Shown here in pieces: positions 11,651 to 25,011 of a DNA stretch of 64,000 nt. A program made the translations under genes and the position numbers. Each line of letters opens with the position of its first letter. Positions within the stretch are counted from its first letter, which is position 1. The DNA lies in contig CM059432.1 in the NCBI GenBank assembly GCA_030390025.1, positions 101,248,001-101,312,000 on the forward strand. The letters run 5' to 3'. The notes under the pieces were generated by a model, which ran no database searches, had not been told where the DNA came from, and saw only the letters and a list, made by a program, of their open reading frames with translations. The DNA comes from Squalus acanthias. Taxonomy: Eukaryota.

Positions 11651-13518
11651 CGTCAATGTGGGAGGGTGGCAAACTCCTTTGAGATGGGTTTGTGTACAGT
11701 TGGGAAGATTCAGACTACTGCTCAAAGAATTTTTCCATGACTGCCTTTTTGTTATTTCTATTTGGAGTAATAATGAATCTTGGCATTGTGGCTGTTGGCC
11801 ATTTCTCTAAAACCTGATGGGTCATCACAACAGAAGACATGCAAAACATTCTGAGTGTCAGTGGTAAGGAAAGAGAGAGAAAACCAAAACCACAAGTGAT
11901 ATTATGGCTTCTGGGTTAGTTAGGTTTGGTGTCAGTTATGGTCTGCTGGAAGGAAAAATGCAAAATAGTGCAAAAGATGCGGTACTGCAAACTTTAAATA
12001 GCTTTTTTCTAAGTGTAAAATCTCACCTGCTTCTTCACCTCTTGTAAGATGGCAGCTAAGGGAGTTTGAGACCAACAATTGCTCTGGAAATGATGGCGAG
12101 CCTGTTTGGAGGGCCACCTGGTGGCCAGAATATGGACGGCAGCATCACAGGCTGTCATATGAGTGAAAAAATCCTACGACCAACATGACACGACAGATGT
12201 CACCAGGTGTGAAGACAATGCGCATTGAAAAATCCATAGATGCTGTTGGCATAGAGCTTTTAAATGGAAACATGACATGACATGACATAATAATAAATAT
12301 AGATAACCAGCTCGAGAGTGGTAGCTGCCAACTGTGAAATGCAGTTGACAACATTTCAGTTTTATTTCATTTTTGACCACCAGGAAAGAGCACTAGGCAT
12401 TGCATGCAAGTCAGAGTTCTGCTCCCGAGCCTGTATGTTTCTCATGTTTTGAGGGCCCACAATCTGGAAACATTATACAGTAAGTTTATAATGTGCCCAG
12501 AAGGTCCAATGGATTTCCCTGACCACTTTTTAAATCTGGCTCCTGACTACAAAGCAGGCTAGCTGTGGCAGCTGGCACACATAAAGGCAGAATGTTAAAG
12601 AATGCAGTGGACTTGGTGCTGTTTGATGCTGCCGGCGGCTCAGGAAAAAGAAAAAGGGTACTATGGTGCTGATGAGCTCAGCACTGAGAGAAACAGAATG
12701 CTTCCTCTGTTCCTTGGCCAAGATCCTAGCACAATTCGACACTGTGGACTTCTTTTATCTGGTACTGCTTGGGACTGAGGATTTGGATTGACTGGCACTG
12801 ATATGAGAGGGTTGAAATTTGTCAGTTTGAATTGCATGCTGCCGTGGGGCTCCTGAAGGGGCATGAAGGATTTTGGACTTTTCATTATTGTGATACTTGT
12901 TTTAAAGAAGACTAAAATAATGGACTTGAAAAGCTCAATTTCTTGGCAAAAGAACACAGAACTGTCAGCTTGACCAAAATTAGGATGCATAATGGTCTTT
13001 ACTTATTGTCCAAGATGTTTGGAGAGAGAAACACATGTGTCAGCAAGTCTGAAGGGAGCCTTCGTAAGCTATAAAACTTGATAACTGATAAGAAACAATG
13101 CTGGCAGTTACAGAGATAAGGAAGCAAGACCTGCAAACTGGTCAGAGGTTATTTGATGTTTAAATCAACCCATATATTGTATGATGATCAAACAGCAGAT
13201 TTGAAAGTAAACCATATAAAAGACCTCATTCTACAAGGGTTTTCAGGAGAACCACATGCGACGTCAGGACAAAAGGGCATAGGAAAGGAACTTTCTTTTT
13301 ATCCCAAGACAAAGAACTTGATCAATTTCTTGCCTTGAGTTGTACTCACTAGAAAAAGATTGTACAAAAAGTTATTACTTTCTTTCAGATAAAAATTGAG
13401 GCAGTGTATGTCAACTTAAATTAAAATAACTACAGTGTCTTGCTTGATCCTTGATCTTTTGTATTTGAAACAAGAGAGAAAAGAAATCTTACAGGAATAG
13501 CCAATTCCATTCTACTAG

Positions 13519-14416
13519 CAGGGAAGGTAGTAAACAATGAGAAGGATAGTTAACAGACTTCAGGAAGACACAGACAGACTGGTAAAATGGGCAGACACAT
13601 GGCAGATGAATTTTAACACAAAGAAGTGTAAAGTAATATATTTTGGTAGGAAGAATGAGGAGAGGCAATATGAATGAAATGGTACAATTTTAAAGGGGGT
13701 GCAGGAACAGAGAGACCTGGGGGTGTACAGACACGAATCTTTGAAGGTGGCAGGACAAGTTGAGAAGGCCGTTAAAAAAGCCTACGGATCCTTGGCTTTG
13801 TTAATAGAGGTATGAAGCACATAAGCAAGAAAGTTATGCTAAACCTTTATAAAATAATGGTTAGACCTCAGCTGGAATAGTGTTCAATTCTGGGCACTGC
13901 ACTTTAAGAAGGATGCCAAGGCCTTAGAGAGGGTGCAGAAGAGATTTACTAAAATGATACCAGGGATGAGGGACTTCAGTTCTGTGGAGAGACTGGAGAA
14001 GCTGGAGCTATCTTTAGAGCTGAGAAGGTTAAGAGGAGATTTGATAGGGGTGTTCAAAATCATGAAGAGTTTTGATAGAGTAAATAAGGAGAAACTGCTT
14101 CCAGTGGCGGAAGGGTCAGTAACCAGAGGACACAGATTTAAGGTGATTGGCAAGAGAACCAGAGGCGACATGGGTAAATATTGTTTTACACAGTGAGTTG
14201 TTGTGATCTGGAATGCACTGCCTGAGAGGGTGGAGGAAGCAGATTCAATAGTAACGTTCAAAAGAGAATTGGATAAATATTTGATGGGGAAAAAAATTAC
14301 AGGACTATGAGGAAAGAGCAGGAGACTGGGATTAATTGGATAGCTCTATCAAAGAGCCGGCACAGGCATGATGGGCCGAATGGCCTCCATCAGTGCTACA
14401 TGATTCTATGATTCTA
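13519..14416 (+). mobile_element. CR1 LINE, 5'-truncated 3' fragment
   Basis: VQKRFTKMIPG...RRLRGDLIGVFKIM...VTRGHRFKV; 3' tail ggcatgatgggccgaatggcctcc followed by (atgattct)n. Confidence 0.92.
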
Positions 14417-15185
14417 AGGTGAGCTAATTGAAGCATAACAAGTACTGACCAGCATCAAAGTAGCCTAGGGTTTGACTTAGGCTGATGCTACCTTGGGATA
14501 ACATCTCTTTTTCACAGGGGCAGCAGATGTTGATTCCAAGCAGCCTCCTGAGCAGGACGCAGACACAAGCTTCTCAGGTACCAGAGTGACCCACAACCTG
14601 TCCGGCATTACTGATTTGGGTGGTATTGTTATGTTATAGGGGCTCACTACTGCAATAAATTCTGTCCTGGAGGATGAGCTCCCACCTGGATAGTTAGAAC
14701 CAGTGATGGGCAGAAAAGCCTAGATAGATGAAGTATCAAGTTGAACTTTTAAAAAATTTGTTCCTGGGATATGGGCGTCGCTGGCAAGGCCAGCATTTAT
14801 TGCCCATCCCTAATTGCCCTTGAGAAGGTGGTGGTGAGCCGCCTTCTTGAACCGCTGCAGTCCATGTGGTGAAGGCACGTCAGAGTGCTGTTAGGTAGGG
14901 AGTTCCAGGATTTTGACCCAGCGACGATGAAGGAATGGCGATATATTTCCAACTCAGGATGGTGTGCAACTTGGAGGGGAACTTGGAGATGATGGTTTTC
15001 CCATGTGCCTGCTGCCCTTGTCCTTCTAGGTGGTGGAGGTCACGGGTTTGGGAGATGCTGCCGAAGAAGCCTTGGCTAGTTGCTGCAGTGCATCTTGTAG
15101 ATGGTACACACTGCAGCTATGGTGCGCCGGTGGTGGAATGTTTAAAGTGGTGGATGGGGTTCCAATCAAGCGGGCTTGCTTTGTC

Positions 15186-17489
15186 CAATATGTCGAGGAA
15201 CCAACTAGAGATCAGGCCATCTTAGACTGGGTATTATGTAATGAGAAAGGATTGATTAGCAATCTTGTTGTGCGAGGCCCCTTGGGGAGGAGCGATCATA
15301 ATATGATAGAATTCTTCATTAAGATGGAGAGTGAAGTAGTTGACTCAGAGACTAGGGTCCTGAATTTAAATAAAGGAAACTACGATGGTATGAGGCGCGA
15401 ATTGGCTAGGATGGATTGGGGAATGTTACTTAAAGGGTTGACGGTGGATAGGCAATGGCAAACATTTAAAGATCGCATGGATGAACTACAGAATTTGTTC
15501 ATCCCTGTTTGGCATAAAAATAAAACAAAAAAGGTGACTCAACTGTGGCTAACAAGGGAAATTGGGGATAGCATAAGATCCAAGGAGAGGACATATAAAT
15601 TGGCCAGAAAAAGCAGCAAACCTGAGGATTGGGAGCAGTTTAGGGTTCAGCAAAGGAGGACAAAGGGATTAATTAAGAGGGGGAAAATAGAGTATGAGAG
15701 TAAGCTTGCAGGGAACATAAAAACTGACTGTAAAAGCTTCTATAGATATGTGAAGAGAAAAAGATTGGTGAAGTCAAGCGTAGGTCCCTTGCAGTCAGAA
15801 TCAGGGGAATTTATAATGGGGAACAAAGAAATGGCAGACCAATTAAATACATACTTTGGTTCTGTCTTCACAAAGGAGGACACAAATAACCTCCCAGAGA
15901 TGTCGGGGAACATAGGGTCTAATGAGAGGGAAGAACTGAATGAAATCAGTATTTGTAGGGAAATGGTGTTAGGGAAATTGACGGGATTGAAGGCCGATAA
16001 ATCCCCAGGGCCTGATAATCTACATCCTAGGGTACTTAAGGAAGTGGCCCTAGAAATAGTAGATGCATTGCTGATCATCTTCCAAAATTCTATAGACTCT
16101 GGAACAGTTCCCATGGATTGGAGGGTAGCTAATGTAACCCCACTATTTAAAAAAGGTGGGAGAGAGAAAACGGGGAATTATAGACCGGAAAGCCTGACAT
16201 CGGTAGTGGGGAAAATGCTAGAGTCCATTATAAAAGATGTAATAGCAGAGCACTTGGAAAACAGTGACAGGATCGGACAAAGTCAACATGGATTTACAAA
16301 AGGTAAATCATGCTTGACTAATCTACTGGAATTTTTTGAGGATGTAACTGGTAGAATAGATAAGGGAGAACCAGTGGATGTGGTGTATTTGGACTTTCAG
16401 AAGGCTTTCGATAAGGTCCCGCATAAGCGATTAGTGTGCAAAGTTAAAGTACATGGGATTGGGGGTAAGGTACTGACTTGGATAGAGAACTGGTTGGCAG
16501 ACAGGAAGCAAAGAGTTGGAATAAACGGGTCTTTTGCCGAGTGGCAGGCAGTGACTAGTGGGGTACCACAGGGATCGGTGCTAGGACCCCAGTTATTCAC
16601 AATATATATTAATGATCGAGATGAGGGAACTAGATGTAATATCTCCAAGTTTGCAGATGACACAAAGCTGGGTGGGCGTGTGTGTTGTGAGGAGGATGCA
16701 GAGAAACTCCAGTGTGATTTGGACAAGTTGGGTGATTGGGCAGATGCATGGCAGATGCAGTATAATGTGGATAAATGTGAGGTTATCCACTTTGGTGGCA
16801 AAAACAGGAAGGCAGATTATTATCTGAACGGCAATAGATTGGGAGAAGGGGAAGTGCAACGAGACCTGGGAATCCTTGTGCACCAGTCGTTGAAGGTAAG
16901 CCTGCAGGTACAGCAGGCGGTTAAGAAAGCAAATGGTATGTTGGCCTTCATAGCGAGAGGATTCGAGTACAGGAGCAAGGATGTCTTGCTGCAGTTGTAC
17001 AGGGCCTTGGTGAGACCACACCTTGAGGATTGTGTGCAGTTTTGGTCGCCTTATCTGAGGAAGGATGTTCTTGCCATGGAAGGAGTGCAGCGAAGATTCA
17101 CCAGACTAATACCTGGGATGGCAGGAATGACGTATGAAGAGAGATTGGGACGATTGGGCTTGTATTCGCTAGAGTTTAGAAGAATGAGAGGGGATCTCAT
17201 CGAAACTTATAAAATTGTAACAGGACTAGACAGACTAGATGCAGGAAGGATGTTCCCGATGGCGGGGGAGTCCAGAACCAGGGGTCACAGTCTAAGGATA
17301 AGGGGTAAGCCATTTACGACTGAGATGAGGAGGAATTTCTTCACCCAGAGAGTGGTGAACCTGTGGAATTCTCTACCACAGAAGGCAGTTGAGGCCAACT
17401 CATTAAATATATTCAAGAAGGAGTTAGATATATTTCTTAAGGCTAAAGGGATCAAGGGATATGGGGAGAAAGCAGGGACAGTGTACTGA
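15186..17489 (+). CDS. CR1 ORF2: endonuclease C-terminus plus complete reverse transcriptase, uninterrupted but 5'-truncated
   Basis: Open frame with LGRSDHNMI, KSPGPDNLHPRVLKE, NYRP, QHGF, YLDFQKAFDKVPH, SGVPQGSVLGP, KFADDTK. The ORF-track start at 15030 lies in unrelated antisense LINE sequence. Confidence 0.9.
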   Translation, partial: QYVEEPTRDQAILDWVLCNEKGLISNLVVRGPLGRSDHNMIEFFIKMESEVVDSETRVLNLNKGNYDGMRRELARMDWGMLLKGLTVDRQWQTFKDRMDELQNLFIPVWHKNKTKKVTQLWLTREIGDSIRSKERTYKLARKSSKPEDWEQFRVQQRRTKGLIKRGKIEYESKLAGNIKTDCKSFYRYVKRKRLVKSSVGPLQSESGEFIMGNKEMADQLNTYFGSVFTKEDTNNLPEMSGNIGSNEREELNEISICREMVLGKLTGLKADKSPGPDNLHPRVLKEVALEIVDALLIIFQNSIDSGTVPMDWRVANVTPLFKKGGREKTGNYRPESLTSVVGKMLESIIKDVIAEHLENSDRIGQSQHGFTKGKSCLTNLLEFFEDVTGRIDKGEPVDVVYLDFQKAFDKVPHKRLVCKVKVHGIGGKVLTWIENWLADRKQRVGINGSFAEWQAVTSGVPQGSVLGPQLFTIYINDRDEGTRCNISKFADDTKLGGRVCCEEDAEKLQCDLDKLGDWADAWQMQYNVDKCEVIHFGGKNRKADYYLNGNRLGEGEVQRDLGILVHQSLKVSLQVQQAVKKANGMLAFIARGFEYRSKDVLLQLYRALVRPHLEDCVQFWSPYLRKDVLAMEGVQRRFTRLIPGMAGMTYEERLGRLGLYSLEFRRMRGDLIETYKIVTGLDRLDAGRMFPMAGESRTRGHSLRIRGKPFTTEMRRNFFTQRVVNLWNSLPQKAVEANSLNIFKKELDIFLKAKGIKGYGEKAGTVY

Positions 17490-17586
17490 ATTTGGATGAT
17501 CAGCCATGATCTCATTAAATGGCGGAGCAGGCTCGAGGGGCCGAATGGCCTACTCCTGCTCCTATCTTCAATGTTCTATGTTTCTA
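15187..17586 (+). mobile_element. CR1 LINE, 5'-truncated, young copy
   Basis: tgtcc target duplication (15182-15186, 17587-17591); 3' tail gggccgaatggcctactcctgctcct...(ttctatgt)n. Confidence 0.95.
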
Positions 17587-18183
17587 TGTCCTGGATGGTG
17601 CCCAGCTTCTTGAGTGTTGATGGAGCTGTACTCATCCAGTCAAGTGGAGAGTATTCCATCACATTCCTGACTTGCGCCTTGTACATGGTGGAAAGGCTTT
17701 GGGGAGTCAAGAGGTGAGACACTCGCCGCAGAATACCCAGCCTCTGACCTGCTCTTGTTGCCACAGTATTTATGTGGCTGGACCCGTTAAGTTTCTGGTC
17801 AATGGTGACCCCCAGGATGTTGATGGTGGGGGATTTAGTGATGGCAATGCCGTTGAATGTCAAGGGGCAGTGGTTAGACTCTCTCTTGCTGGAGATGTGC
17901 TTGATGCAGTATCTCACCAATACTCAGAGGACTTAGCTGCAAATGTGGAAGAAGTGAGGCCAGATGCCAATTTTAAAAATGTGGACTTAGTGCTGACCAA
18001 GTATCCCGGGAATAGGACTGCATCATAACCTCCTTATTTGATTGAAATTTCTGTGTCTATTGAAACACTTGCACATTCTGTGTGAGTTTCAGAATTTGCT
18101 ATTTTTCAGACCCTCTTTATCAGTTCCTAGCTGTAAAATACTTCTGCTGGTCAGAATTTTTACCTCTAAATCTATGTTCTAGT

Positions 18184-18778
18184 TGGTTATTCTTTCGCTG
18201 TGCGGATTTTGCGTTAAGAGTAACGGAGAGGCTCAGCATCATTGTTATTCTGGAGTAAATTGGACAGCAACTTCCAGCATCTGCACACGCACAGTTAAAC
18301 GAGAAAAATTACAAAGTTGCTGTCCGATTTATCCTGCTCCTCCACAAGCTTCAGTGAACCGGTACCCTGCCGATAAACTCGGCATTAAAATACACGACAA
18401 GCGTGAATTTGCTATACTTACCCACTAGTTTCCCACTAAACACGCCATTTATCTGTCCCTTTTATCTCTCTCTCTTAATCCCATCTTTCTTTCCCTCTCT
18501 TTATTTCACTTACTGTATATGATTTTACATTAAATTTAATATTCTAACATACACTTCCTGGTTCAGACTGCGTGTCTCAGTGAGGATTGTTCAGTCTGAT
18601 TGGTTGAAGAGCCATGCGGTTGCTTGCCCTATTCACACATGCCACAGATCCTCGTGCTGAAATGGATCTCTAGTAACCGTAAGTCGCCACTCAACTGCCC
18701 CTGTAAAGTCTGTGGGCAGCTGTAAGCGTAATGAATGGCGAACGACGTTCTTTTGTTGCTAACTGCATAATCTGGGCC
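18184..18778. mobile_element. MITE-like element, inverted copy of the 907/52215 family
   Basis: Contains tctctctcttaatcccatctttctttccctctctttatttc and ends ataatctgggcc; left end approximate. Confidence 0.55.
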
Positions 18779-19179
18779 ATTGTGTCCTTTGACAAAGCCA
18801 AAGCGGATGACTCCTATGATGTTCCCTGTTTTGCTCAGGTAGTTGATTCTGTTATGATACACCCATTGCCTAGAGTAAGACCTGCTGATAGTTATGAAAC
18901 ATCAATGATCTCTGCACCCCTGCCCTTCTCTCGTGCTCCATTATGATATATCCATGGCGGCTGCACTCCCGAGTGCATCACTTCTTTTACTGTTGAACGG
19001 ACCCTTCAAAATCTTCCCCTTTATTAAACTCACTAAATCCAGCTCTGACCTAGCAGGAAACATTCACTTTTTGATTTACCTCTGCAGCAGCAGAATGCTG
19101 TACAAATTCACCATTAATAACCTTAAACATGTTAAATCAGACTTCTGTCTCCCTTTTGGCTGCCATTTTTATGGAATGG

Positions 19180-20362
19180 ATGAACTAGTCAGAGCAGAGA
19201 TCTGTATTTGGATTTTCAAAACGCATTCGATAAGGTGCCACACAAGAGGTTATTACACAAAATTAGGGCTCATGGGATGGCGGTAATATATTAACATGGA
19301 TTGAGGATTGGATAACGGACAAAAAACAGAGAGTAGGAATAAACAGGTCATTTTCGGTTTGGCAGACTGTAACTAGTGGGGTACCACAAGGATCAGTGCT
19401 TGGGCCTCAGCTATTCACAATCTATATCCATTTAAAATGACTTAGATGAGGGGACCGAGTGTAATGCATCCAAGTTTGTTGACAATACAAAGCTGGGTGG
19501 GAAAGTAAGTTGTGAGGAGGATGTAAAGGGGCTGTAAAGGGATATAGACAGGTTAAGTGAGTGGGCAAGAACATGGCTGATGGAACATAAATTTGGTAGG
19601 AAAAATAGAAAAGCAGAATATTTTTTTAAATGGTGAGAGATTGGGAAATGTTGGTAGTCAGAGGGACCTGGGTGTCCTTGCACACAAGTCACTGAAAGTT
19701 AACATGCAAGTACAGCAAGCAATTAGGAAAGCAAATGGTATGTTTGCCTTTATTACAAAAGGATTGGAGTACAAGACTAAAGAAGTCTTACTGCAATTAT
19801 ACAGGGCCTTGGTGAGACCACACCTGGAGTACTGTTTACAATTTTGGTCTCCTTAGCTAAGGAAGAATATACTTGCCTTAGAGGGAGTGCAACTAGACTG
19901 ATTCCTGGGATGGGGGGATTTATCCTCTGAGGAAAGATTGAGTAGACCAGGCTGATATGCCCTAGAGTTTAGAAGAATGAGAGGTGATCTCATTGAAACG
20001 TATAAAATTCTTATGGGGCTTGACAGGGTAGATGCTGGGAGGATGTTTCCCCTGGCTGGGAGTCTAGAACCAGGGATCACAATCTCAAAATAAGGGGTCG
20101 GCCATTTAGGACAGAGATGAGGTGAATTTTCTTCACTAAAAGGGTTGTGAATTTTTGTAATTCTCTACCCCAGAGGGCTGTGGAGGCTCAGTCATTGAGT
20201 GTATTCAAGACAGAGATCGATAGATTTTTAGCTACTAAGGGAATCAAGGGATATGGGGATAGTGCGGGAAGATGGAGTTGAGGTAGAAGATCAGCCATGA
20301 TCTTATTGAATGGGTCAAAGGGTCAAATGGCCTACTCCTGCTCCTATTTGTTATGTTCTTAT
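19180..20362 (+). mobile_element. CR1 LINE, degenerate 3' fragment
   Basis: GVPQGSVLGP-like segment, RDLGVLAHKSLKVNMQVQQAIRKANGM, LYRALVRPHLEYC and a CR1 3' tail; many stops. Confidence 0.92.
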
Positions 20363-21385
20363 TTAGGGCTAAGCATGGATGAATCATCTATTGAGGCTTT
20401 TTCCTGACATTTGACCACTCTCTACTCATGTCTATTTTTCCTAAGATAAGTGAACACAGGAATACTGGACCTAAAGTTTCTATTTCTCTTAATTATACTA
20501 ATTGTTATAGGCCCCATCATCCTTACTGAGCTGACGGATGGGAATTTAGTAGTAGAGTGCTACTTGTTAAGGTCATTGGAATGCTGATTCACAAGTATTA
20601 ATACAGAGATGTTCTCATGAATGGGGATCGATAGATTACAAATATATGATTTAGCTACAAAAAATTGTGGGTAAATTCAATCACCATGGAAGTACTTCCG
20701 ATTTAAAGGCTCCCATTTAAATAATTAAATCTGGTGGAAGGGACTAAAAATGAATCTGTGATATCTTTTATTTATAATGAATGAGAAAACAAAGATGGCA
20801 ATCAAAATGGCCTAAGGAAATTATCATGGAATACTTCAAGAGCAGCACGAAACAATAAAGAACCACTGATAACATTACCTGAAAAGATGAGCAATTAATA
20901 TAACAAAAAAATGAACCAAACCTTTGGGTTCAGTTTAATTTAAATCTCAAAGGAGAATCCTTGGCTCATTATGTTTGTTTATTGAAATCATAATTAATGA
21001 TAAGGAAAGTTCAAATTTAACACACCCCTTTGGAGATAGATCTTTGATGCCCTTAATTTCATTACTTTTCATTTATTTTTTAGTAGCACTTCTGTTATAC
21101 TCACTTTGTTTCCCACAGGAGCTACTTGTCATCTTTTATCTAGTGCAGCAAGGGAACTTCTCTATGATTGTTGCCAATGCCAGTCTATAATAAGTTAACT
21201 CGTAGCACACAGGCTGAGGCAACTGTGCCAGTTTCTTCACCTTCCATCAGGGATCTCTCACAAAAGCAAAATAATCCAAGTAATTAACCTGGGCCAAGAG
21301 TCTTGAGCAATGTATCTATCCTGGAACTGGGGAAGGGAGATAAAGATGAGAGAGAATTTCTCTGGTCACTACACGTAGTGACATT

Positions 21386-23124
21386 GGCTGAGATTTTCTG
21401 TGGGGTCAGCGGGCACGATCGGTGACGGGTCGGGTGTGAAAGTGTTTTTTTCCCCCAGCTGGTCAGGACGCCACTGTGAACCCATCACCACGCTGTCAGC
21501 GCTGAGCAGACCAGACACGCAGCGGCGGGGGACCCAATTCAGGTAATTATGACCTTGTTCAGAGATCATTAAGAACACATTTGAGCTCACCTTTTGATTT
21601 TACATGCTCGCCCACGGGGTCCTCGCTGCTCGGGGATCACATCTGTGAAGCTGAGGCGGGAGGTCAATTACCACTGAATCAGCTGTTGAGTTGACAGCTT
21701 CAAATGTAAAGAAAAAGCTCCCACCTTACAGAAATAGCTTCCCTCAGCCACATTCTCTTCCTCACTGCATTTCCACAACAGATTCACCGTGCTGTAAGTC
21801 TTTACACAAGTCTTCATCCAGTCTGATCTCATCACCTCTCTCACCATTGACAGATAGTTTCTGTCATCTCTACTTCACCTGCCATCTATTCCATAACCAT
21901 GGGTGCCCTTTATACTCTCTCACCTTGGTCCGCAGAATCCCAACACAATCAGCCCCCACACCAGCAGCACCAACAACAATACCACCAGCCTTCTCCGCAA
22001 TCACCTGATGCTGCACAGGACAAAGTGCATCAGCACCCAACCACATTGCTGCCCGGGAGGCCAGGGATGGCCTCACCATGGCTATATTTACTTCACCTGA
22101 TGCTGTACACCCATATGGCTGCCACATGGTGTGCCAGGTTGGCACCACCCCACACCAACACCATAAAGCATCCCTACAATGCCCAAGCCATTCCTTTCAC
22201 ACTCACCACCATTGCAGGGGGTACCGTTATGTCTCACCATTCACTGCAACTCACTAAGCCACTTCCAAAGGTGCACACAAATCTGTCCAAGAACGCAAAG
22301 TGTTTGAAATAAAGGTTTCAAAGTTTGACACCACATTAACAGAAACTTTACATGAACATTGGCTAAAACACCCAAGTGCCCACCCTTGTGTGTTGTTAGT
22401 TGATATGATTGCACTAGGATGAGGGTGAGTGTGAGGGGTGGCTAATGAGATGGGGATGTGATAATATGGATAGAGAGGGATGTGTAGAGGTGCAAGGTAA
22501 GTTGGTGTGACTAAAGATGTGCAGGAGTAGGGTAGGGAAGGCAGAGTGATGGGGATGTGATGAGAGGCACAGCAGGATGAGGTTGAGTGTGGCTTTGTAC
22601 TAATGTTTCTTGATCTTCTGAGATCATTGAAACGTTTGCGGCACTGCACCCAGATCCTCCTGACCACATCCCTGCTTGTGCCCTCCTCTGCAATGTGCAA
22701 CCAGGCTGTGTTGATCTCCTGGGAAGGTCTCTTCCGCACATTGGAAGGGAAAAGGACCTCCCTGTGTGCTGTGACTCCCTCCATAAGCATATGGAGGGAG
22801 TCATGGGAGAGTCTGGGTGCAGCCGTGCACCTTTGTGCAGTGCTTGTCAGTGTTTGCAGCATCTCAATGCTGTAGAACACTGACAGCACAAATGTCAAAA
22901 TAAATTTGGACATGGTCCCTTTAAGGAGACTGGCTGATGACGCATCATCAAATGACGTCACCAGACCCACTTCCTCTCATTGGCTGGGAAATGCACTGGG
23001 TGGGCTTAACAAGCCCAATCAAGGTAAATTCATTTCAGACAGCGGGATGGAGACAGCAGCGGGGTCGGGACACGCCACCGATGTCGCACGCTGCGGACCT
23101 GCCGAGGTTAGCAAAATCGCGGCC
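21386..23124. mobile_element. Internally deleted Harbinger element with a Myb exon-1 remnant (minus strand, about 22600-22862)
   Basis: TIRs ggctgagatttt / aaaatcgcggcc with ATT TSD. Peptide APRLSHDSLHMLMEGVTAHREVLFP...AWLHIAEE...RRIWVQCRKRFNDL is homologous to the 6891 Myb exon. Confidence 0.8.
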
Positions 23125-25011
23125 ATTGTAAATGCATTCAAAAAGAACATGTTTAAAAAATGTAACCAGAGCAATTCTACCCCCCACCCACCTGATCACC
23201 ACTGGAAACAAATTCTGGCCCTAAATTTGGACTTGATAAGACGGCGTACTCTGACCGCCTTTGAAATTGACCGCAAGTTCAGGATTTCTGCTGCGCTAAA
23301 CCCAAACTTGCGATCTGTTTAGTTCCAAATAGAAAGATGATCTGCTGTGACTTTCAAATCCTCGTTGCTGGCGAAAAGTTGGGCTAATTGCCCACCAACT
23401 GCACATCAATTACGCTGGAAAATTTTACGGCTGGTGCAAACAGGCACAGGAGCCTGTTTGCATAGCAGAAGGGGAGGGGGGATAGGAAAATTGCAATTTC
23501 AGGGCCATAATAATTTAAAACAAACACATAAAAGAACCTATCAGGCAGCTGTAAAGGCTCGCTTTTAGGGATGAGATTTTTTAAACTTAAAAAAAATTTT
23601 GCAGTCAATTTTCTCATTTCAAAATTGAATATCAACCAAAAGAATGTATTGCCAGTTTTAAAAATTCTATCGATCTAGTTTCATTGACAAAAAGGTTTGG
23701 TCATCACAATTTTGAGGTGACAGCATTTTGCATTCATGTATTATTTATAAATACATTAAATAATGTTATCAAGTTTATGGTGTCAAAATAGATTTTAACT
23801 TTTTGTCAGGTCATTAACAGATATATGGAAATGTGTTGATGTAAGCTTGCAAGAAAGGCTGGATTCCAATTGACCTGTATCTTCCTTTAAAGTATACTAG
23901 TCAAACGGGGCTTTCCGTGTTTCCTGATTGGCTAGTGAAAGGAGCACTGCCCTATCTGATCCCAGGTACGCTTGCGCACAATGGTGCGCCCCTGGGATCC
24001 GTGGGCCACTACGCTGCGCACAACTCTGCAGCATTTCAAAGCAAGTTTTTGTTTGGGGCATCGCACCAGGAAAGTGCGGATTTCGTTCAGAGGTTGGCGG
24101 CATATGCCTTAGCTATGCCGCCGACCGCACTTTCAGGACCTTTACTTTTTCTGTGAACGGCAGTCTCTTATGATTTGCATAATGATAGATGAGTCATGCA
24201 CTGGATACAGACTGCAAACCTTTAAATGTAGAACAACAAATGTCTAGGAACACATTACAAGGAAATAACACAATTGAATGATTTAGCTGATGTCATCTGA
24301 ACCCCTTCCTGTAAACTTTTTATAAATTGTGCAGCCCATAAAACTTCCCTCTAATTCACTTCAAATATTTATCAATAACCATACACAAAGGACAACAAAT
24401 ATTTAATCATGCAATGCACCATGAAGCATATTTGCAGTCATCCACACCAACAATCACTGCTGATTGAAAAGCAATATCTATTTAAAAAAAAGTTAAATAA
24501 TAGATACGAGGCAGCAATTTCAAGGCATATATTCTAATCAAAAGGCTTGAATAACATCATAAATCTTAACAGCAAAGCTTGAATGGTTTATCTGAATCTT
24601 TCAAATCATATTACTGCCTTATAAAATCTCCTAGGTATTAATTGTTCCCTATAAAATATGAGACTTTCCAGAGTAGTTGACTTCATTGAAGTCATAGTAA
24701 TAGAGAATCTGACTGCGGAACTGACCAGTGAGAGAAAATAATAGTGGAGGCAGCGAGAGATGGTGGCAGGCTGATCACCGAGGTGGGAAAGCAGATTAGT
24801 TATATTGTCACATTCCCACTGAAGTGGTATGATGCCCTGTGACTTAAACCAATGCATTATAGATGGTTTTATACTGTAGTTTAATACTGATTTATACAAA
24901 GTAATGTATATGTTCTACTGTAATCTGTTTTCTCCCATCAGTTAACTAGTATGCACCGGACAAACGTAAGTTGCAGTATTCCTTATCTTGCCTGCCTGAG
25001 TGAGCGTCATT

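Larger units (their letters stand above)
14748..17898 (-). mobile_element. 3' fragment of the APE-RT LINE family seen at 29840-34286 (14748-15186 plus 17587-17898), split by a CR1 insertion
   Basis: Reverse complement matches 33560-34286, e.g. ILGVTIDQKL...RAGQRLGILRRVSHLLTPQSLST and the tail gggcaattagggatgggcaataaatgc. Confidence 0.85.

Noticed and set aside
11309..11740. Leu/Pro-rich and Glu-rich ORFs
   Set aside because: Artefacts of the GA low-complexity tract.
15030..15185. N-terminal extension of the 819-aa ORF as a real protein domain
   Set aside because: It is the antisense strand of a different LINE's 3' end, upstream of the CR1 TSD.
20400..21000. Possible L1/Tx1 relic
   Set aside because: A-rich and coding-like, but I could read no diagnostic motif.
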